Source: Poseidonia sp.
Lineage (GTDB): Archaea > Thermoplasmatota > Poseidoniia > Poseidoniales > Poseidoniaceae
Assembly: GCA_038124565.1 (NCBI GenBank)
Contig: JAYPCE010000003.1
Coordinates: 5,910-69,909, forward strand
Direction: 5' to 3'
Length of the DNA: 64,000 bases
The notes under the pieces are model-generated. The model had not been told where the DNA came from. It saw only the letters and a list, made by a program, of their open reading frames with translations, and made no database searches. Position numbers and translations under genes: made by a program. Positions 19,688 through 29,875 of this stretch are shown in pieces (position 1 is the stretch's first letter; each line of letters starts with the position of its first letter).

Positions 19688-20620
19688 TCAAGCAAGCGCT
19701 GATGCGAGGTCTTCGCTTAGGTTGTTGAAGCGCTTGCTCAATTCGTTCAGGGCCATGTTGAAGGCGGTTACGGGGTCGAGGCTGCCATCGGTCTCATAGG
19801 AGAAGACGAAGGCACCGTCAACGGGTTCCATCGTGATGGCATCATCAAAGTCAGCATCACGTCCCGTACCTGGCCCGACTTGGTGAAGGGCTTTCTCAAG
19901 GTCCATGACGTGGTTGATGTTGGTGACTTTCTTGTCCTTGCCGAACAACTTGGCGTCAATAGCAACACCGTCGGTGGTGGTCAACCCGAGGTTGAACAAC
20001 ACCTCTGCCTTCTTTGGCTTGTTCAACACCGCAACGCAGTGAGGTCGGAAGCCGACTGCAGCAACAGGGGACCACTTGGCGTGGTCACGTCCTCGGCCCA
20101 AGACGGCGAAGGCGTAGAATTCAAGGAACTGGCCTTTCGAGAGAACGGTGAGTGGAATCTGCTTGTGCTCGTCACGGATGTCAAAGACCGGGTCGGAAAT
20201 GGTGGTAATGTCACCGGCATAGACGGTTTTGAAGTCTTCATCGGCATCGGCAGAAGGACCACGTGCAGAAAGCGTGTAGAGCACTTGACACATCGGGCAA
20301 CCCTTGTCTTTCTCCACGACATCTCGGCAGTTTTCGCATTCATCAGGGAAGACCAAGCCTTCCTCAAGGTTGGTTGGAATGGGGATCATGGCCAATCGGT
20401 GGGCCAAGACTTCGTCGGGCAGCACATTGACGGATTCAACGACTTCACCCTTGTTGTCTTGCGTCACGCCTTGCGAAAAGTCAACACGGGTGATGGCGAG
20501 TTTTGGGACATCAGCGATGAGTGCACGGCGAATGGCGTTCACTTGCGAAGCATCTGTTTCGCTGATCAGGATTCGGATTTCGTGACCCTGAGGCCAACCT
20601 TCTACAACTTCCGTCTTCAT
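19688..20620 (-). CDS. rpo3: DNA-directed RNA polymerase subunit D (Rpo3)
   Basis: NAIRRALIADVPKLAI, DEVLAHRLAMIP, GRGRDHAKWSPV and ETDGSL. Last gene of the S13-S4-S11 operon. Confidence 0.95.
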   Translation of the reverse strand: MKTEVVEGWPQGHEIRILISETDASQVNAIRRALIADVPKLAITRVDFSQGVTQDNKGEVVESVNVLPDEVLAHRLAMIPIPTNLEEGLVFPDECENCRDVVEKDKGCPMCQVLYTLSARGPSADADEDFKTVYAGDITTISDPVFDIRDEHKQIPLTVLSKGQFLEFYAFAVLGRGRDHAKWSPVAAVGFRPHCVAVLNKPKKAEVLFNLGLTTTDGVAIDAKLFGKDKKVTNINHVMDLEKALHQVGPGTGRDADFDDAITMEPVDGAFVFSYETDGSLDPVTAFNMALNELSKRFNNLSEDLASALA

Positions 20621-20634
20621 TTTGTTCACCTTCA

Positions 20635-21021
20635 TCAAACGCGGCGTCCACGTCGGCCACCCTTTTTCTTGGTACCGTCGTGAGCGATGGGCGTGACATC
20701 CTCAATTCGAGTGATGGTCATCCCGGCACGGGTCAAGGCTCGGATCGCTGCTTGAGCACCAGGGCCCGTGTTGTTGGAGAGGTTACCGCCTGGGGCGCGA
20801 TATTTTACGACAAGTTGAGTGAATTCCTTGTCCTTCAAAGCGTCTGCCATGCGTTCAGCTGCTCGGGTTGCAGCGAATTGACCGCCTTTGTCCTTACCAG
20901 CCTTCACGACCTCACCGCCGTTGCAGGTGGTGATGGTTTCGGCCCCGGTGAGGTCGGTGGCCGTCATCAGAATGTTGTTGTAGGAGCTGAAGATGTTGAC
21001 AATGGCTTTCCTGGTCATCAC
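20635..21021 (-). CDS. rps11: 30S ribosomal protein S11
   Basis: SYNN, TDLTGAET, GPGAQAAIRAL and IEDVTPIAHDGTKKKGGRRGRRV. Confidence 0.97.
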   Translation of the reverse strand: MMTRKAIVNIFSSYNNILMTATDLTGAETITTCNGGEVVKAGKDKGGQFAATRAAERMADALKDKEFTQLVVKYRAPGGNLSNNTGPGAQAAIRALTRAGMTITRIEDVTPIAHDGTKKKGGRRGRRV

Positions 21022-21668
21022 TCATCGCCCCCTTCAATTGCTGCCGTTGAGGCTTCTCCTGCTTCGCGAACTTCTTCGGCGAATTCAGGTGTCGCTTCAG
21101 GGTCCACGTTCTCATCGCCGTATTCGGCTTTCTCACGAACGCCTTCAATGGCTTTGCGGATGGCGTGATTCGGGTCGTTCAAGGCTGAGCTTGGATGGTA
21201 GCGCAATTCGGCCTCCTCGTCTTTGCTGACGGCGTAGGACGGAATGGTCACTTTCTGGTCGCCGATGCAGATTTGGCCGTGCGTCACGAGTTGACGGGCC
21301 TGCTTCATCGAGCAAGCCAGACCCTTGTAGTAGACTTGGGCTTGCAGGCGGCGGTTCAGCATGTCTTCGGTGGTCAAAGAAAGGATGTCACCCAACTCAG
21401 CATCGGATGTGATCAATCCTTTGTGGTGAAGAGAGCGTAGCAGGTCTTCCATTTCTCGCTTGCCGTGCCCTTCGGTCGTGTCGACCATACCGATGAGGCG
21501 CATGGCTTGTCGTCGGTGTCGTCGGAGTTGCGACTTGGCCTTCCAAATCTCCTTCATGTTCTTGAGGCCGTGATTTTGCTTAATGGCGTGCTCTTCCTCA
21601 ATTCGGTCAGCCTTCCATGGGTGTGAAGGGGTGTCGTACTTGGGTCGTGAAAACTTTGGTTCTCCCAT
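21018..21668 (-). CDS. rps4: 30S ribosomal protein S4
   Basis: MGEPKFSRPKYDTPSHPW, GLKNMKEIWK, RRLQ and KQARQLVTHG. Confidence 0.97.
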   Translation of the reverse strand: MGEPKFSRPKYDTPSHPWKADRIEEEHAIKQNHGLKNMKEIWKAKSQLRRHRRQAMRLIGMVDTTEGHGKREMEDLLRSLHHKGLITSDAELGDILSLTTEDMLNRRLQAQVYYKGLACSMKQARQLVTHGQICIGDQKVTIPSYAVSKDEEAELRYHPSSALNDPNHAIRKAIEGVREKAEYGDENVDPEATPEFAEEVREAGEASTAAIEGGDE

Positions 21669-21683
21669 CTTCATCCCTCCTCA

Positions 21684-22151
21684 TCACTTCTTTCGGCTGA
21701 CACCCAAGGTCAAGCCACCACGGCCGTTGGAGCGACCGCGCTGACCGCGGACTTTGTTGCCTGAAGCGTGTCGGATACCTCGGTAACACTTCATCGTTCG
21801 AAGGCGGTCAATATCGTCCTTGAGGGTGAATTTGACTTGCTGGCCGGTGAGGTGAATCTCAGCGCCCGTTTCCAAATCTCGCTGTCGGTTCAGCATCCAA
21901 AGCGGGGCGTTTTCGGCATAGGACTCAATGGCCTCGCGGAGTTGTTCTTGCTCTTCGGTGGTGAGGAATCCAGCGAGGCGAGCGGGGTCAAATCCTGTGT
22001 TCTTGCAAATTTGGATAGCGGTGCGAGCACCGACGCCTTTGACTGAGGTCAGGGCCGTTGCCAAGGGCTTCAACCCGTCCATGTCCGTATCGGCCATGCG
22101 CAAAATGTATGAAAAATCGTCACCAAGGTCCTCATCCTTCGGTCGTGCCAT
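21684..22151 (-). CDS. rps13: 30S ribosomal protein S13
   Basis: ALTSVKGVG, PLWMLNRQRD and YRGIRHASGNKVRGQR. AGGTGA SD precedes ATG 22151. Confidence 0.97.
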   Translation of the reverse strand: MARPKDEDLGDDFSYILRMADTDMDGLKPLATALTSVKGVGARTAIQICKNTGFDPARLAGFLTTEEQEQLREAIESYAENAPLWMLNRQRDLETGAEIHLTGQQVKFTLKDDIDRLRTMKCYRGIRHASGNKVRGQRGRSNGRGGLTLGVSRKK

Positions 22152-22273
22152 CGTCTTCACCTTTACGTTAACACACGCAGTGTCAAGCATCCCTCCGACC
22201 AACCTCCCATATATCAAGACCGCGATAAGGACATTCGCGCCACTGAGCCTTGAAACACGGTAAAAATCGCACC

Positions 22274-23542
22274 CTATTGTGGCTCTTCAGATTGAACGAT
22301 GCAGAGCAGGAGAACATTGCCGTTCGGATGTTGGGTGAGAAATCCGTCTCTGTGGCCGTGTCGACGTTGAAGTTGACGGTCAAGTGAGCCTTGCAAGACG
22401 GGTTGCATGGCTGGGTCTAATTCAAGGCGCAGTTTGACGGAGCGAAGGTTGTGTTCAAGGGCATGTTCAACAACGGCGTCGATGGTGTCTTCAGAGAGGT
22501 TCATGGGCAAAAGTTCCACCACCCTTCCGGTGGCTTGGACCAGTCGGTTGTCCTCTTCGTTCAACCGTAGTGCATGGTCGTGGTGCACCTGCGGGCGGCG
22601 TCCCTCAACAAAGGCCCAACGAAATGAACGGTCTTTGGAAACACGCTCCAGCCATGTGGAAACCAACCCGCTTTCGACCAAGGCTGCATCGAGCAGGCTC
22701 ACGAATTCCCCTCGTTGTGGCGGGTGGACGGTGGGCTCAAGGGGGAGGGGCTCGTTGTTTGATGTGATGATGTGTGCAGGCGCACCAAGCGATGGTGGAA
22801 CCCGTACGAAACGGCGCAACTGGTCTTGATCGGCGATGCGACCCAACCACAAGGCCAGGCGGTCAACCCGACCTTGGCCGCGCGAGGTCCACTCCCAAGT
22901 TCGGCCAATGTTCGGCCAAATCTCGTCCACCAAACCCTCCACTTCTTCTCGTTGTTCGGGGGTCAGTCTTGGTGAGAGGTCCAGCAATACGGCTGGTTCA
23001 CCTTCAAAGTAGGGCGACCACGCAGAAAGCACCTCATGCAAGGCCGGTTGCATTTCATCCAGTGCATGGGTCCGACTGTTTCGTGGCCGAGCGGGGTCAA
23101 GGTGGAGCAACGCAACGCGTTGGTCTTCTCCCGCTGCTTCAAGCGCAGCTTTTGCCTGTGTACCGTCGCCTGCAACCAGCGTGCTCTGGATAAACCACGC
23201 CTCCTGTTCACCCCGTTGGTGTTGAGCAACCGTTCTGAGATTCACGGCACTGGCCATCGCCCTCGGCGCGCCCAGTTCGATGCCGAGCACCGGTCGGTGA
23301 AGCACAGAGGCGTACGCAGAGAGTTGAATGCCACTTCCGCATGCACAATCCAAAATCCATCCCCGAGGTAGGGCATGATTCGCCACCATCATCGCTCGCA
23401 GCACGGCAATCTGCCACGGTGTCGCCAAGGGTTTTCCTTCCTCTGCATGATAGAAGCACAGCCCTTCTGGAGCGGTGAGGTCTTGAGTTGGGCTGCCCAT
23501 CCCTTCCATGTCGCTGGCTGTTGGATTGACCACACGGTGCAT
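22274..23542 (-). CDS. Class I SAM-dependent methyltransferase (probably RNA; THUMP-like C-terminus)
   Basis: ILDCACGSG motif I, GIE, AGDG and LHLDPARP. Confidence 0.75.
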   Translation of the reverse strand: MHRVVNPTASDMEGMGSPTQDLTAPEGLCFYHAEEGKPLATPWQIAVLRAMMVANHALPRGWILDCACGSGIQLSAYASVLHRPVLGIELGAPRAMASAVNLRTVAQHQRGEQEAWFIQSTLVAGDGTQAKAALEAAGEDQRVALLHLDPARPRNSRTHALDEMQPALHEVLSAWSPYFEGEPAVLLDLSPRLTPEQREEVEGLVDEIWPNIGRTWEWTSRGQGRVDRLALWLGRIADQDQLRRFVRVPPSLGAPAHIITSNNEPLPLEPTVHPPQRGEFVSLLDAALVESGLVSTWLERVSKDRSFRWAFVEGRRPQVHHDHALRLNEEDNRLVQATGRVVELLPMNLSEDTIDAVVEHALEHNLRSVKLRLELDPAMQPVLQGSLDRQLQRRHGHRDGFLTQHPNGNVLLLCIVQSEEPQ

Positions 23543-23551
23543 GCTGAGGCC

Positions 23552-24145
23552 TCACAACGACGTGATATCCGATCGAGTCAGCAAGGATTCAAAGTGGATT
23601 CCTGCCTCAGCAAAGGCTTCCGAAGCCCCTTCTTCTCTGTCGAGTATACTGATAACGCCCACCACGCGACACGAGGTTGTGGCGTGAATTCGCTCAACGG
23701 CAACGATGGATGACCCACCGGTGGTGGTCACGTCTTCCACGATGACCACATCGCCACCACCTTCCAAAGACGAGCCTTCAATGCCTGGAGGGTTGTTGGT
23801 CTTGCGACCTCCCCTGCCTTTCGGCTCCTTGCGAACCATGAACCCTCGCAAGTGGTCAGGGGCTGTGGCCACAACAATGGCGGTCAGTGGCACAGCACCC
23901 AATTCCAAACCGCCCACAAAGCGAGCATCCATGGCTGTGATGCGGAGGTTGAGCAGTTCCCCAAGAATGCGGGCTGCCTCGGGGTGCATCATGACGGGCT
24001 TCGTATCAAAGAACCAGCGAGAGGTGCGGCCGCTTGCGAGCGTAAAGGCTGCATCGTTGCCACCATCAAGGAACGCCAACTCTCGCACGAGTTGGGCCAA
24101 ACGCAACCACTGCGGGTGCGAGCGAACCGAAGCATCAACGCCCAT
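23552..24145 (-). CDS. pyrE: Orotate phosphoribosyltransferase
   Basis: FTLASGRTSRWFFD, GGLELGAVP, VRKEPK and the PRPP motif VIVEDVTTTGGS. Confidence 0.95.
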   Translation of the reverse strand: MGVDASVRSHPQWLRLAQLVRELAFLDGGNDAAFTLASGRTSRWFFDTKPVMMHPEAARILGELLNLRITAMDARFVGGLELGAVPLTAIVVATAPDHLRGFMVRKEPKGRGGRKTNNPPGIEGSSLEGGGDVVIVEDVTTTGGSSIVAVERIHATTSCRVVGVISILDREEGASEAFAEAGIHFESLLTRSDITSL

Positions 24146-24251
24146 GGAGTGTTCTCAAGTGCGCATGACATGAACTTTCCTTTAGAAGACCACCATTTCA
24201 TCTCAACAAATCTCACCGTGGTGATGATAAAGGGTCGGCGTCAAGAAAACG

Positions 24252-27200
24252 ATGACTGGCATGCGTGAGGCACCAACATCCAAGCATGCGGTCCAATCAA
24301 ATCCCTTGCTGGGGTTGGATGTAGAGCGTTTGGAACATGAAATGGTACGGTATCATCAATGGCTCGACGAACGTACCGATGAAGCCTACCGCCTTGCAGA
24401 GGAGGCACGTGGCCTCGGTCTTGACCACAAAATGAGGGTTGAAATTCCTCGGGCATCCGATTTAGCGGGGCGTACCGAGAAGTTGTTGATTGAACATCTT
24501 GACGGCTATGAGGTCGCCGACGACATCCGCGAATTGCTCAAGGAAAACGACCGTGAAACCACCTCCATCATCATCGCCCAGTCGGTTGCACGAGGGTTCC
24601 GAGCGAAGGGGTACGACCTTGAGAAATCGATTGACGTTGGTCTACGAGTTGGCTTGGCCGTCTTGACCGAAGCGGTGTTGGTGGCCCCGCTGGAAGGTAT
24701 CAGTGAAGTTCGTTTGCTCAACAATATTGACGGTTCGCAATTTGTCTCCGTCCATTTTGCTGGCCCCATTCGTGCGGCGGGTGGAACGGCACAAGCCCTC
24801 GCCGTGTTAATTGCGGACATGATTCGCAGGGAATTGAACGTCGGACACTATCAGCCCACCGACCCCGAAGTAGAACGGGTGAAGGAAGAGTTTGGATTGT
24901 ACCGCGGCAACCTGCAATATCGACCCAGCCCTCCCGAAATCGATGAAATCGTTCGAGCCTGTCCGGTGATGATCAACGGCGAGTCCACCGAACGCATCGA
25001 ATGTGCAGGCTATGGGAACGTGCGCAATATCGACGAAGCACGTATTCGGGGCGGAGTTCTACTCGTGATTGGAGAAGGAATGTGTTTGAAAGCCCCAAAA
25101 ATCCAAAAGCACACGGAGCGATTGAACCTCCCGGGATGGGAATTTATCACCAAATTTGCTTCCAGAGGGAAGGAGAAAGAGAACAAGGCAGGGGGTGTGT
25201 TCACGAGCCGACAAATCCAGCCGATTACAAAATTCATGGACGACATCATCGCTGGCAGGCCGATGTTTGGCGGTCCACTCCAGCCAGGCGGTTTTCGGCT
25301 ACGTTATGGAAGGGCCCGTCCATCAGGATTGGCCGCAGCCTCGACCAACACGACCTCCATGTTGGCCCTTGATGATTTCATTACCATCGGTACTCAAATG
25401 AAAATTGAACGCCCTGGAAAAGCCTGCGCCATCACTCCATGCGACGAAGCCGAAGGGCCCTGGGTCATTCTTGACGACGGCGCCTTCCTCCGCATTGACC
25501 ACCCACGCCACTATGTGCCGTTGCGTTCGCGCGTGAAGCAGGTGTGGGACAACGGTGAATTGGTGATCGGTTATGGCGAATTTTTAGAGAATAACAAGCG
25601 TCTCGTGCCCTCAGGCTATTGTGTTGATTGGTGGGCCAGCGATGTGCTTGATAGCCTCACATCCCAAGCAGACCTCAATGATTTTCTCGCGATTCTTGGT
25701 GATATGCACGGGCCGGTCCCTGAGGGCACACCCGGTATGGAGCCCGACGAATGCGAAGACCCGAACCAGCAATTTTGGGTTCGTCAAGCATGGCATGCAT
25801 GGTTGCGGGGTTTGCAATTGAATTGGGCCCAGGCCCAACGTACTGCAGAGCGATTTGGCACATCGCTGCCACCACCCAACAACCCTTGGTTCAAAGACCT
25901 CCCAATCGAATGGCTTCCAAGTGTGCTTGACCTTCTGGAACAGGCCACCATTGAAGCCCAAGGCACCACGCTTCATGGCGAGAACAAAGGAATTGAGGGC
26001 GCGCAACCCGCCAACGCCTCCCGGCAACTTCGTTTGACTGGGGCGGTGAAAGGATGGGAGGCTCGGCGCATGGAAGAATTGGAACCTGAGGTTTTGCAGC
26101 CTCATCAGGACGTCAAGATACCAGGGACACCTCATCGTCCTGAACCCTCGGTCTTTCAGGTCACTCCTGTTGAAGGCTGGGCTCTGCAGTTGCACGGCGT
26201 GGCCAAGGCAGCCATGATGCTGCTTGGTCTGCCCCACGTGCATGATGGTGATGATTTGGTTGTCCTCGCCGGTTGGGAGGCCATGCTGGAAGGCTTTGGT
26301 TTTGCATTTGAGGGTGAGAAGCCACTGCGCATCAAAGATGCCGGCAAACTCACGTCTCAACGCTTGAAAGCCTTGCGCGACGCAAAAACCCTCCTGGATG
26401 AAGAGCGAAGTCGAAAAGCGGAGTTGGAACGAGAACGAGCCACCATTCGGATTGCCGCCGAGACGGGGGCACGTCAGCGTGGTTTGGGCATTGCTGAAAC
26501 CGATAAAGTGGGTCGCGAAGCCGCAGCCTCCGTCATCGATGAGGGGCCGAGTGCCCCCGAAGCGTATTTGGCGGCTCAGCGCCTTGAAGATGAGCACGCG
26601 GTTGACGGAATCATGGTGCTCGTGCGCCAGCTGTCCGATTTGAGATGGGAGCACAGTGCCCCGGTACGTGTGGGGTGTCGTATGGGCCGACCGGAGAAAG
26701 CGGCTCCACGAATCATGAATCCAATGGCCCACTCGCTCTTCCCCATTGAGTTGAATGGTGGCAATCAACGCTTGTTGAATAACGCCGCAGAGAAGCACAC
26801 GATTCGGGTGCAATTGGGGAAACGAACGTGCACCGTTTGTGAGCGTTCCAGCCCGTTTTTGCGCTGCCACCACCGAGAACAAGACGCCTTTGGTGAGGGA
26901 AAACAAGGCGAAGTCTGTGGAGGTCGCACGGAAGCAACGGCGAGCGATTCAACCGCTCGCCGACGAGGTGAAATTCAGACGGTTCGCCTTGATGAAATGG
27001 TGGAAGACGCTCGCATACGACTCGGTTTGGACCGCTTGCCTGCGCAAGTCAAGTGCATGAAGAAGTTGACCAGCCGTGACCAAACGCCGGAAGCCATCGA
27101 GAAAGGAATTCTTCGTGCCCGGCATGAATTGCCAGTGTTTCGGGACGGTACGGTGCGCTACGACATGAGCGATGTGCCTGTGACGCATTTCAAACCCAGA

Positions 27201-28373
27201 GAAATCGGTGTTCCTTGGAAGACGCTTCTCGCCCTTGGCTATACCCACGACCACCGTGGCGAGGCTTTGAACGACGATGAGCAAGTTTTGGAATTGTTCC
27301 CTCAAGATTTTATCGTCGCCAAAGGGGCCGCTGATTTCCTGTTGCGAACATCCCAGTTTGTGGATGATTTGTTGGTTCGTTTTTACGGCATGAAACCATA
27401 TTACAACGCTGCAACAGCCGATGATTTGGTCGGCCATCTCATCTGCGCGCTTGCACCGCACACCAGCGGGGGGGTGCTGTCCAGAATTGTCGGTTGGGCC
27501 GACTGTTCGGGAGGCTATGCGCACCCGCTGTTCCATGCTGCCAAACGGCGGAATTGCGACGGAGATGAAGACGCCATCATGCTCCTGATGGACGGCCTGC
27601 TTAACTTCAGCCGTGACATTCTTCCAGCAAACCGAGGAGGTTTGATGGATGCTCCGTTGGTGTTGACCACCCGCCTCAACCCAACCGAGGTGGACAAAGA
27701 AGCGCTCAATGTCGATTCTGGGTGGTTTTATGGACGCGATTTCTACGAGGCTACGCTGGACCAACCCCATCCAAAAGAGATTCAGCATCGCATGGACTAT
27801 GTTGAACGCCGATTGGGAACCGTTGCGGCCGTTCGTGGATACGGATTCACACATGACTGCGAAGCCTTTGACCAAGGTCCGGCCTTATCTGCCTACAAAA
27901 CACTTGAAACGATGATTGACAAGATGAACGGCCAGTTGGCCGTGGGACAACGCCTTCGCGGCGTGAATGTTCGAGAAGTGGCCTCAAGTGTGGTACGCTC
28001 CCATTTCTTGCCCGACCTTCGTGGCAATCTCAATGCCTACGGACGGCAAAAAGTGAGGTGTCTCAAGTGCGGTCATTCCTACCGGAGAATGCCCGTTTCA
28101 GGGGTCTGTATTCAGGAGAAGAAAGAGATTGGCCGTGGCTCTCTCAAATCGATGGGCGTGGCGGCTTCCGAAGGTGGGTTGTGCGGCGGCAATTTGGCCC
28201 TGACCGTTTCGGAAGGGGCGGTTCGAAAATACATCGAAGTGATGCGTTATGTGATGGACCACTATGGTGTGGACCTGTACACGCGCCAAAACGCAGAATG
28301 GCTCGCCAACAGCGCAGATTCATTGTTCAATAACGACCGAGCGAAACAACTTTCCCTGACAGATTTCCTCTGA
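24252..28373 (+). CDS. polC: DNA polymerase D large subunit (DP2)
   Basis: AGPIRAAGGTAQAL, GFRLRYGR, GTQMKIERPGK, RMGRPEKA, HAAKRRNCDGDED catalytic motif, and C-terminal Zn finger and QLSLTDF PIP-like box. Confidence 0.97.
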   Translation: MTGMREAPTSKHAVQSNPLLGLDVERLEHEMVRYHQWLDERTDEAYRLAEEARGLGLDHKMRVEIPRASDLAGRTEKLLIEHLDGYEVADDIRELLKENDRETTSIIIAQSVARGFRAKGYDLEKSIDVGLRVGLAVLTEAVLVAPLEGISEVRLLNNIDGSQFVSVHFAGPIRAAGGTAQALAVLIADMIRRELNVGHYQPTDPEVERVKEEFGLYRGNLQYRPSPPEIDEIVRACPVMINGESTERIECAGYGNVRNIDEARIRGGVLLVIGEGMCLKAPKIQKHTERLNLPGWEFITKFASRGKEKENKAGGVFTSRQIQPITKFMDDIIAGRPMFGGPLQPGGFRLRYGRARPSGLAAASTNTTSMLALDDFITIGTQMKIERPGKACAITPCDEAEGPWVILDDGAFLRIDHPRHYVPLRSRVKQVWDNGELVIGYGEFLENNKRLVPSGYCVDWWASDVLDSLTSQADLNDFLAILGDMHGPVPEGTPGMEPDECEDPNQQFWVRQAWHAWLRGLQLNWAQAQRTAERFGTSLPPPNNPWFKDLPIEWLPSVLDLLEQATIEAQGTTLHGENKGIEGAQPANASRQLRLTGAVKGWEARRMEELEPEVLQPHQDVKIPGTPHRPEPSVFQVTPVEGWALQLHGVAKAAMMLLGLPHVHDGDDLVVLAGWEAMLEGFGFAFEGEKPLRIKDAGKLTSQRLKALRDAKTLLDEERSRKAELERERATIRIAAETGARQRGLGIAETDKVGREAAASVIDEGPSAPEAYLAAQRLEDEHAVDGIMVLVRQLSDLRWEHSAPVRVGCRMGRPEKAAPRIMNPMAHSLFPIELNGGNQRLLNNAAEKHTIRVQLGKRTCTVCERSSPFLRCHHREQDAFGEGKQGEVCGGRTEATASDSTARRRGEIQTVRLDEMVEDARIRLGLDRLPAQVKCMKKLTSRDQTPEAIEKGILRARHELPVFRDGTVRYDMSDVPVTHFKPREIGVPWKTLLALGYTHDHRGEALNDDEQVLELFPQDFIVAKGAADFLLRTSQFVDDLLVRFYGMKPYYNAATADDLVGHLICALAPHTSGGVLSRIVGWADCSGGYAHPLFHAAKRRNCDGDEDAIMLLMDGLLNFSRDILPANRGGLMDAPLVLTTRLNPTEVDKEALNVDSGWFYGRDFYEATLDQPHPKEIQHRMDYVERRLGTVAAVRGYGFTHDCEAFDQGPALSAYKTLETMIDKMNGQLAVGQRLRGVNVREVASSVVRSHFLPDLRGNLNAYGRQKVRCLKCGHSYRRMPVSGVCIQEKKEIGRGSLKSMGVAASEGGLCGGNLALTVSEGAVRKYIEVMRYVMDHYGVDLYTRQNAEWLANSADSLFNNDRAKQLSLTDFL

Positions 28374-28991
28374 TCATCGCAGTGGGTCACGCCAAGGAGA
28401 ATCGCTTTCAGACCATGTCATGTCGTTCTCAGAGCCAAGCGTGGTGGCCTTGAACGGGACATGCGGTTTGACATCTGTGGCTTCTGCAGGTCGGCGTGAG
28501 GCGAGCCATCCACGAGCGATGTTTTCAGCGACAGCCACAACAACCAGCATTGTACTCAACACAAGGTGACCATGCATCCGAATGGTAGCAAATGGCTGGA
28601 GAGTTAGGGTTTGTTTCACCTCAACCCCGTCTTCAAGTTCGGTTACGATGGTGTAGGTGCCCGGTGTCAACTCATCCGACCACACGGGCACCTCATCGGT
28701 CAACAAGCCCGACCAAGAATGCACCACGGTGGCGTTGTTGTGCCAAACAGAATAGCTCACGTTGGCTTGGTCAACAACATTGCTCGTAAACTCGGTACTG
28801 ATGGTTGCAGGGATGGCATCCGTTGAACCGAACACCGAGGCGACCTCAAGTTCACGCACCGGCTCAAACCGTTCAACATCGTTGATTTCATTCGGTGCTC
28901 CTTGTTGAGAAACGTTGGCCCAAAGTACATTGATGAGCACCAAGGCCAACACCCAAAGGACGGGATTGAGCCATGAACGAACGCCGCTCAT
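28374..28991 (-). CDS. Hypothetical membrane protein (two TM segments)
   Basis: 205-aa ORF abutting the DP2 stop, with hydrophobic segments near both ends. Confidence 0.65.
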   Translation of the reverse strand: MSGVRSWLNPVLWVLALVLINVLWANVSQQGAPNEINDVERFEPVRELEVASVFGSTDAIPATISTEFTSNVVDQANVSYSVWHNNATVVHSWSGLLTDEVPVWSDELTPGTYTIVTELEDGVEVKQTLTLQPFATIRMHGHLVLSTMLVVVAVAENIARGWLASRRPAEATDVKPHVPFKATTLGSENDMTWSESDSPWRDPLR

Positions 28992-29066
28992 AATCTGGAA
29001 GGACAGGTGTTTCTTCTTATGTCTGTGTTTTCACACGGTGCGCTACCGTGAGTTTTCTTGGGTACT

Positions 29067-29798
29067 CTACAAGTCTGAGCGTTTCTGCCAGAGCGGATGG
29101 ACGCCATCCAAAATGTTCGCCATCCAACGCAATTTTTCCAACTTCCGTGACGGATTGGTGGTACCAGACCATTGTCCAACTTCATCAACACGATAACCAA
29201 TCAGCGTTGTTTTTTCAAGTGGAACGCCCAACCAATGCAAGAAACACACGGCTCGGTCTCCGTCGGTAAATCCTCCCGGGTTAAACATCCCGTCGAAGTC
29301 TTCGTGGGTTTGATGGGTCAAGACAACAGGTGGTGCTTGATTCGTCCATTGAATCAACCATGAAGTCCACACCTGTTGGTTATCACCGTGCGCATGAAGC
29401 ACAAGTGGAACGCCACTCTTCGCTGCTGTGGCCAGATGCTCTCCTCCGTCCAAATCCGTCACCACGCACAAGGGTTCAACCAGGCCAAGGCAGGCTCCCA
29501 CGGCCCCATCGGCTGCAACAAATACCGTGTTTTTAGGCCACACCCCATCCACTTCATCGCGTGTGGCTGCAGCACCGACCAGCACCACCAGCGTGGCGTT
29601 CTCAAGACCATGTTTGATGTGAGTGAGGGTCGCTTCGCGCTGCTGCTTTGTCCATCGAAACGCCTGGCTCTTTGGATGCTCCTCGCATGCGGCAAGCAGG
29701 CCACGTGCACTTTGAACATCGGCATCGTAGGACCATCCAAAGTGCTCGCGAACACGGTCTTGAATGGCGATGGTTGCATCTACACGACCATCGCCCAT
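29067..29798 (-). CDS. mptE: 6-hydroxymethyl-7,8-dihydropterin diphosphokinase (MptE/DUF115)
   Basis: AADGA, VVTDLDG, HAHGDN, NPGGFTDGDRA and KLEKLRW motifs. Confidence 0.85.
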   Translation of the reverse strand: MGDGRVDATIAIQDRVREHFGWSYDADVQSARGLLAACEEHPKSQAFRWTKQQREATLTHIKHGLENATLVVLVGAAATRDEVDGVWPKNTVFVAADGAVGACLGLVEPLCVVTDLDGGEHLATAAKSGVPLVLHAHGDNQQVWTSWLIQWTNQAPPVVLTHQTHEDFDGMFNPGGFTDGDRAVCFLHWLGVPLEKTTLIGYRVDEVGQWSGTTNPSRKLEKLRWMANILDGVHPLWQKRSDL

Positions 29799-29875
29799 GG
29801 TCGGGACGAAGCGGGAAGGGGTGATGAACCCAACCGAGGTTGAACTTCATAATCCGTGGCGGCCATCGCTCAGTC

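Noticed and set aside
27530..27580. Intein at the HAAKRRN/CDGDED site of DP2
   Set aside because: The motif is contiguous, so the site is empty.
25611..27875. Long antisense ORFs (431 and 308 aa), and similar ones opposite rpo3, the cox genes and the TPD gene
   Set aside because: They lie fully opposite well-supported genes and have no motifs, as expected in GC-rich, codon-biased DNA.
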